Below are positions 16,639 to 27,869 of a stretch of DNA of 64,000 nucleotides, piece by piece. Each line of letters starts with the position of its first letter. The stretch's first letter is position 1. The DNA comes from Ministeria vibrans ATCC 50519. Taxonomy: Eukaryota > Protista > Filasterea. The stretch spans positions 1 to 64,000 of the forward strand of contig CALSCP010002018.1 in NCBI GenBank assembly GCA_943704425.1, read 5' to 3'. The notes beneath the pieces were generated by a model that was not told where the DNA came from, did no database searches, and saw only the letters and a program-made list of their open reading frames with translations. Position numbers and translations under genes: made by a program.

Positions 16639-16895
16639 AATAGTATTATATTGTTATCTTCTGTTACCTTCTTCTTTTCTTCAACAAGCATCATTCGTTT
16701 CTGCTTCAATATCTATTTTCTTTTCAATCACTAAAGCTATATGTTGCCCGTGTGCATTCAACTCATTATTTTGGATTCGTCTTTTTTGAGGGGGGAGACT
16801 TTTTACACGCATTAATTTTATTTTAGAGCGACACGAAAGAGAGTAGACGATAAACATAGTATAGTGTTACGATTAGAAGGGGGATGCTTGTTGTT

Positions 16896-17325
16896 GAGGA
16901 TGAATGTCGCACAACGCTCACCTTTGACCGCGTAGATCGCCATTCAAAAAGATGGGGTTGCCGCAGTGACCGGAGGATTGCAGAGGAACACACACAGCAC
17001 ACATCCCCCATATTTTGCAGACACGCCATGAACAGCAAACACCCGGGGAGGGAGTCCCAGCAATATACCATCTCACCAACACTCACTCTGTGTCATTACT
17101 ATTAATACTTTTTTTTTCAACACCAAAATATCAAAGACGAAGACTTAGACACAGACATAACACACAAACATAAACACAAACAAACAATGATGCTCCCCAA
17201 ATGTCAAACACAAAAACACCAAAAAGAAGGACGCGTTTTCCTCTCTGCAATCTCCTTTGATCACTGTGCGACCACCATTTATGAATGGCGACCTACCGTG
17301 TCAAGGAGAGCGCAGGCGCGCCCTC
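16896..17325 (-). other. Long imperfect RNA hairpin / inverted repeat immediately 3' of the eIF5A stop
   Basis: 17282-17296 pairs with 16932-16946 (15 bp). Further helices lie on both sides, many needing G:U pairs on the minus strand. Confidence 0.7.
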
Positions 17326-17334
17326 GGAAGGTGT

Positions 17335-18003
17335 TCACTTTGGCGCCTTTTCGGCGCGGACAGTGGTGATGCCCTCTTGCTCACGACCGTCGCTGAACTC
17401 CACGCCAATGTAGCCGACGTAGCACGTCTGGTCATAGTCCTCGAGCACGTCCTACGTATATCCCATACAATATGAGAATAACACAGTAACCAAAATCATT
17501 ATAATTATTACGCCAATGCGCTGGGCCAGCTTTTCGTTGGACACGCGAATAGTGTGCATGTCCTTGCCAGACTTTGACATGGCACTGACGTAATCGTCCT
17601 CGTCAATGCTGATGGCGATAAGATCGTAAATTTTCACATTCGGCTTGCTCATTTGCGAGTGGTGATTGAACATATCCTCGACCTATTATTAGTGAATGAA
17701 TAATAGTTATTAGTTATTAGTTATTATTATTATTATTATTATTATTAATTTTTATACTTATGAGGTTTTCTTTTAAAACTTATTAGTATTATTGTTAATG
17801 CTCTTGAAAATCATGCTAATCAGTATATAGTATGCGTGTGTGCAAACCTTTTTTCCCGTAAAAATGTCAATGGCGACCACAGTCTTCTTGGCGGCGCCGT
17901 GTTTTCCAGACGAGAAAGTGCTCACATCGACTAGTTTAACCGCTCGACGATCAATCTCCATGATGAGACCCGTTTTGAGTTCAGCAAACTCCACACGAGA
18001 CAT
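17335..18003 (-). CDS. EIF5A: Divergent translation factor eIF5A, 147 aa; exons 17848-18003, 17512-17682, 17335-17451
   Basis: KLVDVSTFSSGKHGAAKKTVVAIDIFTGKK..ED...PNV..YDLI.IDEDDYVSAM; the hypusine Lys in GKHG is retained. Confidence 0.85.
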
Positions 18004-18109
18004 TGTGTATGACAGTGTTGTAAAAAAAGAAGGTGTTTGTTGGTTGAAAAGGGGAAAATGAGTGATGAAGAGGATTGCGAATTCACAGGATGCAGGATAC
18101 CAAAAATTA

Positions 18110-18143
18110 TTGCGCAAATTGCGCAACAAAGGTGTTGCGAAAT
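18110..18143. promoter_or_regulatory. Tandem TTGCGCAA palindromes (C/EBP-type bZIP sites) upstream of eIF5A
   Basis: TTGCGCAA at 18110-18117 and 18119-18126; variant GTTGCGAAAT at 18134-18143. Confidence 0.35.
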
Positions 18144-18829
18144 GACGACACTCGCCACTTGTGACGAGTCAAATCATGATGACAGATCAGCAAGAATAAC
18201 GGGGCTGTTTGACTATCAAGACTAGCTCGCGATCGTTTGCAATCGTGACCAGAGCTTCCAATAGAGTGAAAAGGTAAAATACTCAGTGCGAGCTAGTTTG
18301 ATTCCGATTTTTTTTTTTTTTTTTTTTACTGTTGCCTTTAATTTACAGTATAACTAGTACAGACAGTACTTTCATGCGCAAAATTACGCTCAACACCTGC
18401 ATATTTTAGACTTACTAAGTGAAGAACTGTACGATGACACTCACATAATAATAGACTTCTCTCGATTCTTCCGCTGACTGTGTTGGGCCTTGGGGGTCTA
18501 TACTCTATACCTCGGCTGCAATGCGCTCCCGTGGTGCACGGGGAGGAAGGGCGGAGGGGGCAGAGCTGCAGAGTACAGATCGGCTGATGCGCTTGTTGTC
18601 TTGACTGTGTGTTAGGATAGTAATCCAAATCAAGACTCGAGTCAAACAAAAAGTTCAATTTTATTTTTATTTTCCTTTTAATTAATATTGTGAAACACCG
18701 ACAGTAAAGTCAATCATAGGGCAAACATAGGCCATAGCTAAAGAGGTACTATTTCTACTAATGAACAGAGTCATTATCTCAAGTTCTCAAATCTCAAAAG
18801 TCAAAATTCAAATTTTTGTTGTCTTACAG

Positions 18830-20952
18830 ATGGCCAGCCTCGTGGAGTGGGCAAACAAGAAGCTGACGGCATTGCTTGGCGGCGATGCGATTGATCTGGC
18901 GACGTTTCTGTGTAGCCTGACGACGCCCGACGAACGCTTTGCCCTTCTGCTCGACCTTGTCGGACAAAAGGAGGCCGAGAAGCTCGCGCGCGAGTTTGAG
19001 GTGCAGGAGAGTTCGGCAGCACTTGCTGGGCAGGCGTATCGCAAAGAGCGCACCGACGAACGCGTCTCGTTTGCGTCAAAGAAAAGTGCGTCGTCGAACA
19101 AGGCAAAAGCAAGCGCGTCTGAGGCCCCAGCAGCGCCGTCCACCGCGACAGCGTCGATAGGATCCAGTGGTAACAATGGTGCATCTACAGATGCGTCTTC
19201 AAAGCGCTCCAAGTTTGTTCCCCTTCCCGGTAATTCATATTGTGTTGCGTAACTAATTTGCATGAGTCGCTGATTGTGATTGTGTGTGTGTGTGTGCGTT
19301 GTGCGCAGGCCAAGGCGTCGTGCTGCTGCCGGGCCGCAAGCTTTGTGAGTGTCAGGTACACATGAGTGGTGGGTGTGGTGTGGACGTCGCTGAGACTGAC
19401 GTCTGATGTGATGTGTGTGGTAGGCGAGCGTCCATGCGCTCATTTCGAACTGTGGGACGTGTGGTCGAGTTGTGTGCGAACAAGAGGGCGCCGGGCCCTG
19501 TGTTTACTGTGGAACGGTGGTGTACACGGAGGCTGAGCGAGAGATTCTGCAGCGCAACAGCAACAAGAGCGAGAAGTTGCGCAAGGAGCTGGACAAAAAG
19601 TACGCGGGGGAACTTGAGCTGCGCCGACTAGCGGCCGAGAAGCACCGCGACCGCCTAGTGGAGTTTGATCGCACACACACACGACGCACGAAAGTAATCG
19701 ACGACGAAGCAGACTATTTTGCGACGCAGGGCAATGCGTGGCTCACAGACCGCGAGCGAGAGGTGATAAAGGCCAAGGAGGACGAGTATCGCGAGCGTCG
19801 CGATCGCGCGCGCTTCGAGAGAATGCTCACGATTGACCTGTCGGGAAAAACAGTCGTGGTTCGACAGGAAGAGACGGTGGCGCCGGACGTGCATGAAGTG
19901 GGGCGCCAGTTGGAGGAGCAGCTGGAGGAGGAAGCACGGGAGCGCAAGCGGAGAGCAGAAAAGTGGGCTCAAGAGGAGGGTACAGCATCGTGTGGTGTGC
20001 GCACGGACTGCGACGCACCCGACAACCTGCGTTTTCCTCCGCCCACTTATGTCGCTGGGAAAAGCACTGTAGCTGGTGCGGGCGGGGGAAGCAAGGGACA
20101 AGCAAGCAGTGCAGTATCGCTTCAGAGGTAGGACGCCCGAAAGACGGTGGTTACAATATATTTTACTGTTATTATTATTTTCTTTACAGGGTACAGGACA
20201 GCGGTTTGAGTGAAATGGGGGATGGGGGAGCGTGTATGTCGATGCACCAGCCGTGGGCATCGCTGCTTGTGCTGGGCATCAAGCGTCACGAGGGCCGCTC
20301 GTGGTACACGGGCCATCGCGGACGCCTTTGGATAGCCGCCGCAGCCAAGGTTACTGCACACATACAATTATAATAATAATAATAATAGTTATTATTATTA
20401 TTTTATAAGTTTATACGCAGACACACATACAGTGTCAGATACTGTTTTTCTTTTTTTTTTTTGCCTGGGTCTGTGTCTGTCTTTGTCTTTGGGTCTGTCT
20501 CTATCTGTCTCTCTCCCATACTCTTTGCTGTGTTCCTGCTGACGTCCCTTTTCTGTGGTCTATTTGCGTAGGTTCCGGATGCCGAGACGACTGCGGCCGT
20601 TGAGGAGCAGTACCGGGCGCTGTACGAGGCGCGTGGTGAGGCGCCGCCTGACTTTCCTCGCGATTACCCGCTCGCGTGCGTGCTCGGCTGTGTCGACATG
20701 GTCGACTGCCTCTCTGCCGAAGAGTACACTGCTCAAGTCCCGGCTCCCGCCCAGGAGAGTGAATCGCCCTTTGTCTTCCTGTGCCGACGCGCGCGTTCTC
20801 TACCCTTCCCTTTGCCAGTCAAGGGCGACCACAAGATATGTACCCATCGTGAAGCCCTTGTTTTCCATGATTTAACTGTCTGGTCTTCTCATATAGGGAA
20901 ACTCGATCGGGCGATTCACGATGCAGCACGCAGAGCCCTACTGCCCCTGTAA
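18830..20952 (+). CDS. TRIP4: Activating signal cointegrator 1 (zf-C2HC5 + ASCH domain), ~6 exons
   Basis: CECQASVHALISNCGTCGRVVCEQEGAGPCVYCG; RDRLVEFDRT..RRTKVIDDEADYF; SMHQPWASLLVLGIKRHEGRSWYTGHRGRLWIAA. Confidence 0.93.
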
Positions 20953-21053
20953 CAATAAACTTGAATGTTTGTACTATAGATTTAGATTGTGCAGCGCGTC
21001 ACTCATCCNNNNNNNNNNNNNNNNNNNNNNNNNNNNNNNNNNNNNNNNNNNNN

Positions 21054-21283
21054 CCTTTTCTCTTCTGCGTCTCCGTCCCCCGGGGTCGTCACACCCAGCC
21101 TCAGCCCTTCCTGTCTTCGACTCCTGAGCGATAAGATCCTTTTCTCTTCTGCGTCTCCGTCCGCCGGGGTCGTCACACCCAGCCTCAGCCCCTCCTGTCT
21201 TCGACTCCTGAGCGATAAGATCCTTTTCTCTTCTGCGTCTCCGTCCGCCGGGGTCGTCACACCCAGCCTCAGCCCCTCCTGTC
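21054..21283. repeat. 84-bp tandem repeat (~2.7 copies) running into an N gap
   Basis: Units start at 21054, 21138 and 21222. Confidence 0.85.
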
Positions 21284-21725
21284 CTTCTCCATGGCGTCCA
21301 GACGTGCTTGCAGTCGTGCCAGTTCTTGCGTGACGAGTTTGCGCTCCTCCTGCTCCTGCCGCAGCTTTTCGTCGGTGATCCGGGCCTGCGTCGCCTGCGC
21401 ATCCAACGTGCCATACAGCGAGTGGTCGCCATACGCGTACTTACGAGCCTGTGCACCGCAGAGAGTGAAACCATAAAAAAGACGCATAATCAAACTCACT
21501 GCTGCAAAATACCTGTGCCCAAGGCGACAGAGGACGCTCTCCGCCCCGCACCCTCGTGCACGGATAGCGTCGCTCATAGACATAACACATGAGGTAAGTG
21601 AAAATGGACGCTTTGGCGCTGATGACAATGTAGCGAAGGTGCTCCGCCGGATGCATGCCGCGCCGACGCGTCGCCTCCGTCGCCACCGTCTTGCTGGCCC
21701 ACACAAGTTTCTGAAAGAACGACAT
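21269..21725 (-). CDS. Hypothetical ~130-aa protein with a hydrophobic segment and C-terminal coiled coil, 2 exons (possibly mitochondrial)
   Basis: MSFFQKLVWASKT...YIVISAKASIFTYLMCYVY...WAQ | ARKYAYG...ELARLQARLDAME; phase-0 GT-AG intron. Confidence 0.6.
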
Positions 21726-21804
21726 ATCAAGTGCAATTTGAATAATAATGGTAGTTTGGTTGGGAATTCAACTATGGAAAGATCAGTATTGTTAATAACT
21801 GATT

Positions 21805-22624
21805 ATGCGCGTTGCCCTGATCATTGTCGGCGCTCTCGTGGCATACTGTGTGGCTGAAGAGGCTGGCGAGGAGGCGTTCACTGAAGCGCAGCGCAAGGCG
21901 CACGAAGAAGCGGAGTGGGTTGCACCGCCCGACTTCCTCGGATCCACTGTGGTGCCCTTCACGATCAAGCCGTCGGGGGCGAGCGACAAGGTCATTGCCG
22001 AGGTGGGCGGCCGCAAGTGCATGGTACGAGCATCGCGCAGCTGAGGGTTGTCAGAGTGAGAAAGAGAGAGTGAAAGAGAGAGGAGAAAAAAGAAAGTGAC
22101 AGCTCGCGAAACGAATTGCTAGTTTGCCTGGCAAGCGTCCGGGGGGACCAACGAGCACTGGGAGATGAACTTTTACATGGACCCCGGTACGATTGGCGGA
22201 CGCCGTCACTTTTCACCTTTGCGTCACTCATTGTCTGTTTGTCATTCTATTTGTGTGTTGTGTGTGGGATAGCGCACAACGCGTATGGCTGCGACGTGAC
22301 GCTTCCCGACCATGGCAGCAGCAGCTACCTGCTCTTCCAGAAGTTCTCATTGTCCATCTCGGGCCTCAAGATCACTGAGTCGTTGGAGAACCTTGTCAAG
22401 CTGAGCAATGATCACACCGAGCTGGAAGACGAGGAGTACACCTTCGGCAAAGATCGCATCGCCAGTATTGACACAGCTCTTCAAAGGCAACACACTCTCA
22501 CTTCATTTGTTTTGCTCGATGCACTGTAGTTACGTCCACGAAGGAGTTCCGAGGACAGCTGTTCGGCCTGCGCATCTACTCGGAAGAGACGACACTCACG
22601 ACGCACGAGCAACCTGACCTGTGA
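21805..22624 (+). CDS. MYDGF: Myeloid-derived growth factor (UPF0556) homologue, 4 exons
   Basis: Signal peptide; TVVPFTIKPSG..CM|FAWQASGGTNEHWEM..YGCDV..SSSYLLFQKF..FRGQL; KDEL-like C-terminus QPDL. Confidence 0.8.
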
Positions 22625-22828
22625 AAACTGACAAATGAAGTCCAAAGTAAACAAGCAAGCCACCCAATGTGAATATACCTCAAGGGTTTCGAACAAATAA
22701 TATAATTGTATACTAATAATTCATTGAATTTTAATAATTAAATTGTTGGTGATGATATACACAGTGATACGTAGGGAGAGAGTGAGAGAAAGAGTGAGTG
22801 TGTGTGAGAGAGTGCCTGTGAGTGTGCG

Positions 22829-22905
22829 TTACTGAGCAGAACCACTCCAAATCTAGATAAAAAAGAGTTTGAGAGAGTTTACGAGTTAGAGAGAGTTTGC
22901 AAGTT

Positions 22906-22997
<92 letters not shown>

Positions 22998-23016
22998 AAG
23001 AAACAAAGTGATAGAG

Positions 23017-23109
<93 letters not shown>

Positions 23110-23332
23110 AAGAAACAAAGTGATAGAGAGAGAGAGAAACAAAGTGATAGAGAGAAACAAAGTGATGGAGAGAGAACGAAACATAGTAATAGAGAGAGGA
23201 GAAAGAAACAAAGTGATAGAGAGAGAGAAACAAAGTGATAGAGAGAGAACGAAACATAGTAATAGAGAGAGGAGAACGAAACATAGTGGTAGAGAGGAGG
23301 AGGAGCGATAGAGAGAAAGAATAATAATAATG

Positions 23333-23363
<31 letters not shown>

Positions 23364-24210
23364 GTAGCTGTGACTTGAGCGTACGCGGATGGTCTTGTCC
23401 CAGCTACTGGTGCCCATGACAAGTCCGTCAGGTGAACATGCCACGCACGTCGCCTGCTCCTTTGATGGCTACACAGTATCACCATGGTTTAATTAGACCC
23501 TCTCTCTCTTCGTGTGTCATTCTTCTGTTTGGGTTTGCGCACCTCAAACCAGTCAAAGCGCTCTGCCTTGAGCGTGTCGAACATGTGCACCCCATTAGCT
23601 TCGGTCGCAGCAAAAATTACACGGCCACTGAGGCTGAGCTCGGCACAAGTGATTGGGCTCGCAATGGCGTCGCTCGTGTACGTCTGCATGCAGCAGTCGG
23701 AGCGCAGGTCAAACAGCGCACACAGCTCGTCGTCCCCCGCCGACAAGAACGAATGCCCGTCCCGCGAAATCCTATGCATACAACACTTAGTCTATCTCTG
23801 TTACACTCCCAGACAAAAAACAGCCACTCACAGATATACACAACATCCACAGTGGCCACAGGGACACTCTGTCTCTCTTACTTGACACAGTTGATATCAC
23901 TGGTGTGTGGCTCACGAAAACTTTGCACGCTCTCGCCAGTGCGCAGATCCCACACTTTGACTTGACGATCGGACGAGCCACTCACGACAATGTTCTGCCG
24001 CGACGAAACAGCAACACTATCAACATCAACAGCAACAAGAATAAAGAGGCGAATGAGAATGGTGAATGAAGTGCGTGAGATGAGGAATGCGCCACCTGTT
24101 GACGTCACGCGCATGGCCGCGGAACTCAATTACTTTGGTGCCTGTGTCGATGTTCCACAGGGCACATGTCATGTCCCCCGAGCTGGTCACAATATGTCGC
24201 TCATCCTAAA

Positions 24211-24253
<43 letters not shown>

Positions 24254-24532
24254 CACAGACACACACACAAACACACACACACGAGAGGAAGGTCAGTGAG
24301 TGACATTGGTTTACGGTGTCATTTCTTACAGCGGTAAACTGACACGACGACACATAAGACGAATGGCCCTGCAACCGACTACATGACAACAGGCGAGAGA
24401 GAAAAAAAAAACGTCGATTAGAGGGAGGGAGGGTTTAAGAGAGTATCAACGTAATAAAGAGGAGAAAAGGAAGGAGGAATGAGAAGGGTCACAAAGTGAG
24501 AGAGAGAGGAGAAAGAAACAAAGTGAGTGAGT

Positions 24533-24626
<94 letters not shown>

Positions 24627-25569
24627 AAAATGAGAGAGAGAGAACAAAATGAGAGAGAAAGAACAAAATGAGAGAGAAAGAACAAAATGAGAGAGAAAGA
24701 ACAAAAATGAGAGAGAGAGGAAGGAGTGAGAATGAACAAAGTGAAAAAGAACAAAGTGACAGAGAACTTAGGCGTACACGAGGGGCGTCGTTGGGAAGCC
24801 GTCCTGGGGCACGCCCGCCTCACGCACTGCCTCGAGATCGTAGATCGTACAGTACGAGTCCAGCCCTCCGCTGGCAACGTGTCTCTTGTTAGGCGAAAAC
24901 GCACACGTGGTGACGTAACTGCTTCCCAGTGACACGACTGCACTCTACTCACGCAAAGACGCATTAATACGTTTGCACACTCACACACTCACACACTCCA
25001 CTACGCACACACACTCCAGTACGCACCTTCACTTCTAGATATGAGTCCCACACAATCATGTTTCCATCGTCCGAAACAGACACACAGTGCCGACTGTCGG
25101 GAGACCAATCCAGTGACAGTACTTTTCCAAGATGGCCTTTCAGCTACACACACCCGCACACAAAATGTCAATCGAACACTTTCGACGTGCGTCTCTCCCT
25201 CGCCACCATACCTCGCGTCGGCGCTTCAAATTTAGTCTGGCCAGCGAAGGAATACCAGCACACGATTCGGCAACTGTGTGCAAAGAGCAGACGTAAGAAT
25301 AAGACTCGACAGTCATATATTCTTATAATAATGATATATCGTACGTGACTTGTCCCGATTCTCTCGTCGTTTTCTCTCCAGTTTGTCGTGCATTGCGGCG
25401 AGTTCGCGCCGCAGTCGTTCAAGTTCTTTCACTTGCGCCTGCAACAGCCATCCGTGTGAGTGTGTGTGTGTGTGTGTCTGTTGTGGTCAGTTTTCATAAA
25501 ACGGAAAATGTTTCCCTCTCCTCCTCAACAGCACACGTTTCCATCCACACGCAACATATCCCGTTCCAT
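22829..25569 (-). CDS. GNB: Heterotrimeric G-protein beta subunit (divergent), ~11 exons
   Basis: N-terminal coiled coil [13 protein letters not shown]; [26 protein letters not shown]; SGGLD; [15 protein letters not shown]; HTSDIN; LFDLRSD; [11 protein letters not shown]. Confidence 0.88.
22908..23362. repeat. (GA)n tracts, AGAAACAAAGTGATAGAG minisatellite and (AAT)n in the last G-beta intron
   Basis: Direct inspection. Confidence 0.9.
24495..24720. repeat. (GA)n tract and GAACAAAATGAGAGAGAAA minisatellite in a G-beta intron
   Basis: Direct inspection. Confidence 0.9.
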
Positions 25570-26108
25570 CACTTCGTTCAACAGATCCCCGCGGCTATCT
25601 CGCCACGACCCACGATCTCACGAAAGGGTGACTTGTTTTGTGACGTCACCTCGTCGTTTGCCCTCTGAGCTGCAGGCGAGACCGGAGATCCCATTGCGGA
25701 CATTGCTCCAGTGAGCATCAACGTCAGGTGCCGGCTACAACTCTGTCGAACGTGTTTCTTTCGAGTGAATTTAGTGAGTGAATTTTTTTTTTTAAAAAAG
25801 TTCAAAATGATCGCGATCACAGGAACAAAAGTTCTTCTTTGCATTGCTTCACTGAATACTGATCACTCCAATTAAAAACAAATAGCACGGTAAAGCGCGT
25901 GCGGACGCCTCTGCTGCCTCCCCCTGCGCTGTTCTGCGCTGCCCTGCGCTGCGGTGCCCTCGCCGCAGCCGCCCCAGTCGCCTTGCGCTGTCGGCCACCG
26001 TGGCACCGTCCCTCCCCGCCCCCTCCGAGCCCCTCTCCCCGCGCCCCCCATCCAAACCACCCCACTCGACCCTGCATCTCCGCTCACGCGCCCTTCCCCG
26101 CCCTCTAG

Positions 26109-27110
26109 ATGGCCGCCTGGACCGCTGTGGGAGTGACCGTCGCCGTTCTGCTCGCCTTTGTCGCGTGCGGAGCCAGCGCCGAAGAGTCCGCGTACATCTT
26201 TGCCTCCAAGGTATGCCACTTCCCCTCCCCCCCTCCCCTGCCCCCCCTGCTTCCCCCACACTGTCTTTCATCATTCCTTCACAGTCCATTTTTTTTTCGT
26301 TCGTTTTTTTTTTTTTCTTGATNNNNNNNNNNTTCGTTCGTTTTTTTTTTTTCTTGATTTGACAAACTCCTTTGAATTCATCATACCCTGCGCACAATCG
26401 CCCCTGTGCACGCCTTGCATGGCAATAAAACTGCCAATGGACGGCACTGCCGCCGGCACTGAGACTCATCGTGGCGCCCCAAGCGCAGAAGACGCACAAA
26501 GGGACGCAAAACCATCTCTCACGTCTCTCTCTCTCTCTCGCTCGTTTTTTGCTCCCTGCAACTATTCCCCTAGACGGTGATGAACGCCAAAGCAGTCCAA
26601 GGAAGAGAGCTCACCATTACCTACAACTTGTTCAACACTGGCGACGCGTAAGCACCGGAGACACAAGAGAAGACACCCCTGAATGACTTGACTCAACACC
26701 ACTCGCTCACTCGTAGTGCCGCTGAGGATGTGACGCTCGACGACGAGTCAGTCGACGACGGATTCAAGCTGGTCCATGGTTTTGTCTCGGCCAAGTGGGA
26801 GCGCATTGCGGCTGGCCAGAACGTCTCGCACGTTGTGGTTCTCGAGCCTCTCGGCTACGGTTATGTCAACATGTCGAGCGCACTCTTGTCGTACAAGTCG
26901 GGTGACGACGTCATCACGTCCGAGACGTCCACGCCTCCTACGCTCATCGTCTTCGAAGGCAACGCCTACGCCCGTCTCTTCCAGCCCCACAAGTTCGAAT
27001 GGTTTGTCTTTGTCGTCCTTGCCCTTGCCGCCATCTTCGTCCCGTACTCTTCCTGGAGCGCCTCCGCCGCAAAGTTCGCTGTCGCCCCATCCTCCAAGAA
27101 GAACAAGTAA
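26109..27110 (+). CDS. SSR2: Translocon-associated protein beta (signal sequence receptor beta), 3 exons
   Basis: Signal peptide; FASK|..AVQGRELTITYNLFNTGD.AAEDVTLDD..WERIAAGQNVSHVVVLEP; TM followed by KKNK. Confidence 0.92.
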
Positions 27111-27229
27111 TAACTCGTAGTAAACGATTCTCCTTTTCCATTCTGCTTCTTTTTTCATTTTTCATTCATTTTGTCACACACCACACCACACCACACCACA
27201 CACGCACACACTCTCTCTCTCTGAATCTC

Positions 27230-27803
27230 TCATGCAAAATCGGTGTCAATGGCAACGCAATGCTGCATGGCGTACTTGAGACGCACAACAAGCACGTCAA
27301 GGGAGTCGTACGGAGGCAGCATGACAAAGCGTGCGCACGTACTGCTCGTCGGCAGCGTATCGTTGGTCCCCGACATCGGCGCTACGCCAAACGACGCCGG
27401 CATGCGCCCACTGCCACACGCAAACTGCAGGAAGCTGCGCAGCTCAGCCTGCGAGAAGGTCTCCAGCGCCGCCCAGAACATTTTGATGAGAGGAGCACTC
27501 GCAGAGAAGCCACGGTACTCGGTGATGGAACGCAGTGCACGCACATTGATAGACACAATGCCAACAATGCGCGGCGACAGCTCAACACCCCGCACAAGCG
27601 AGATTGAAAACGCCGGAAGTACACTAATAAGACCCCGTCGCATCGCCTCCAGTTGCTTGTCAAACTGACCCACACACATCTACAAATCAAATCATAATAA
27701 GAAAATAATAGAGAATCGAGAGATTAAATAATAATAATACAAATAATAAACGTCTTAATAACATCAATAGTAACAATAAAATCAATAATAAATCAATAAA
27801 CAA

Positions 27804-27869
<66 letters not shown>

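Noticed and set aside
17230-17337. SECIS / selenocysteine reading of the eIF5A UGA
   Set aside because: No AUGA..AA..GA core with correct geometry was found, and the UGA sits at the expected protein end.
17293-17337. HEX-1-like or readthrough-derived peroxisomal PTS1
   Set aside because: Neither the normal end (APK) nor the readthrough end (LTR) matches PTS1.
21054-21283. Possible CRISPR-like array
   Set aside because: The units are contiguous near-identical 84-mers with no unique spacers, no cas genes are present, and the context is eukaryotic.
22731-23485. Poly-(SL)/(RE) ORFs
   Set aside because: They derive from (GA)n tracts in a G-beta intron.
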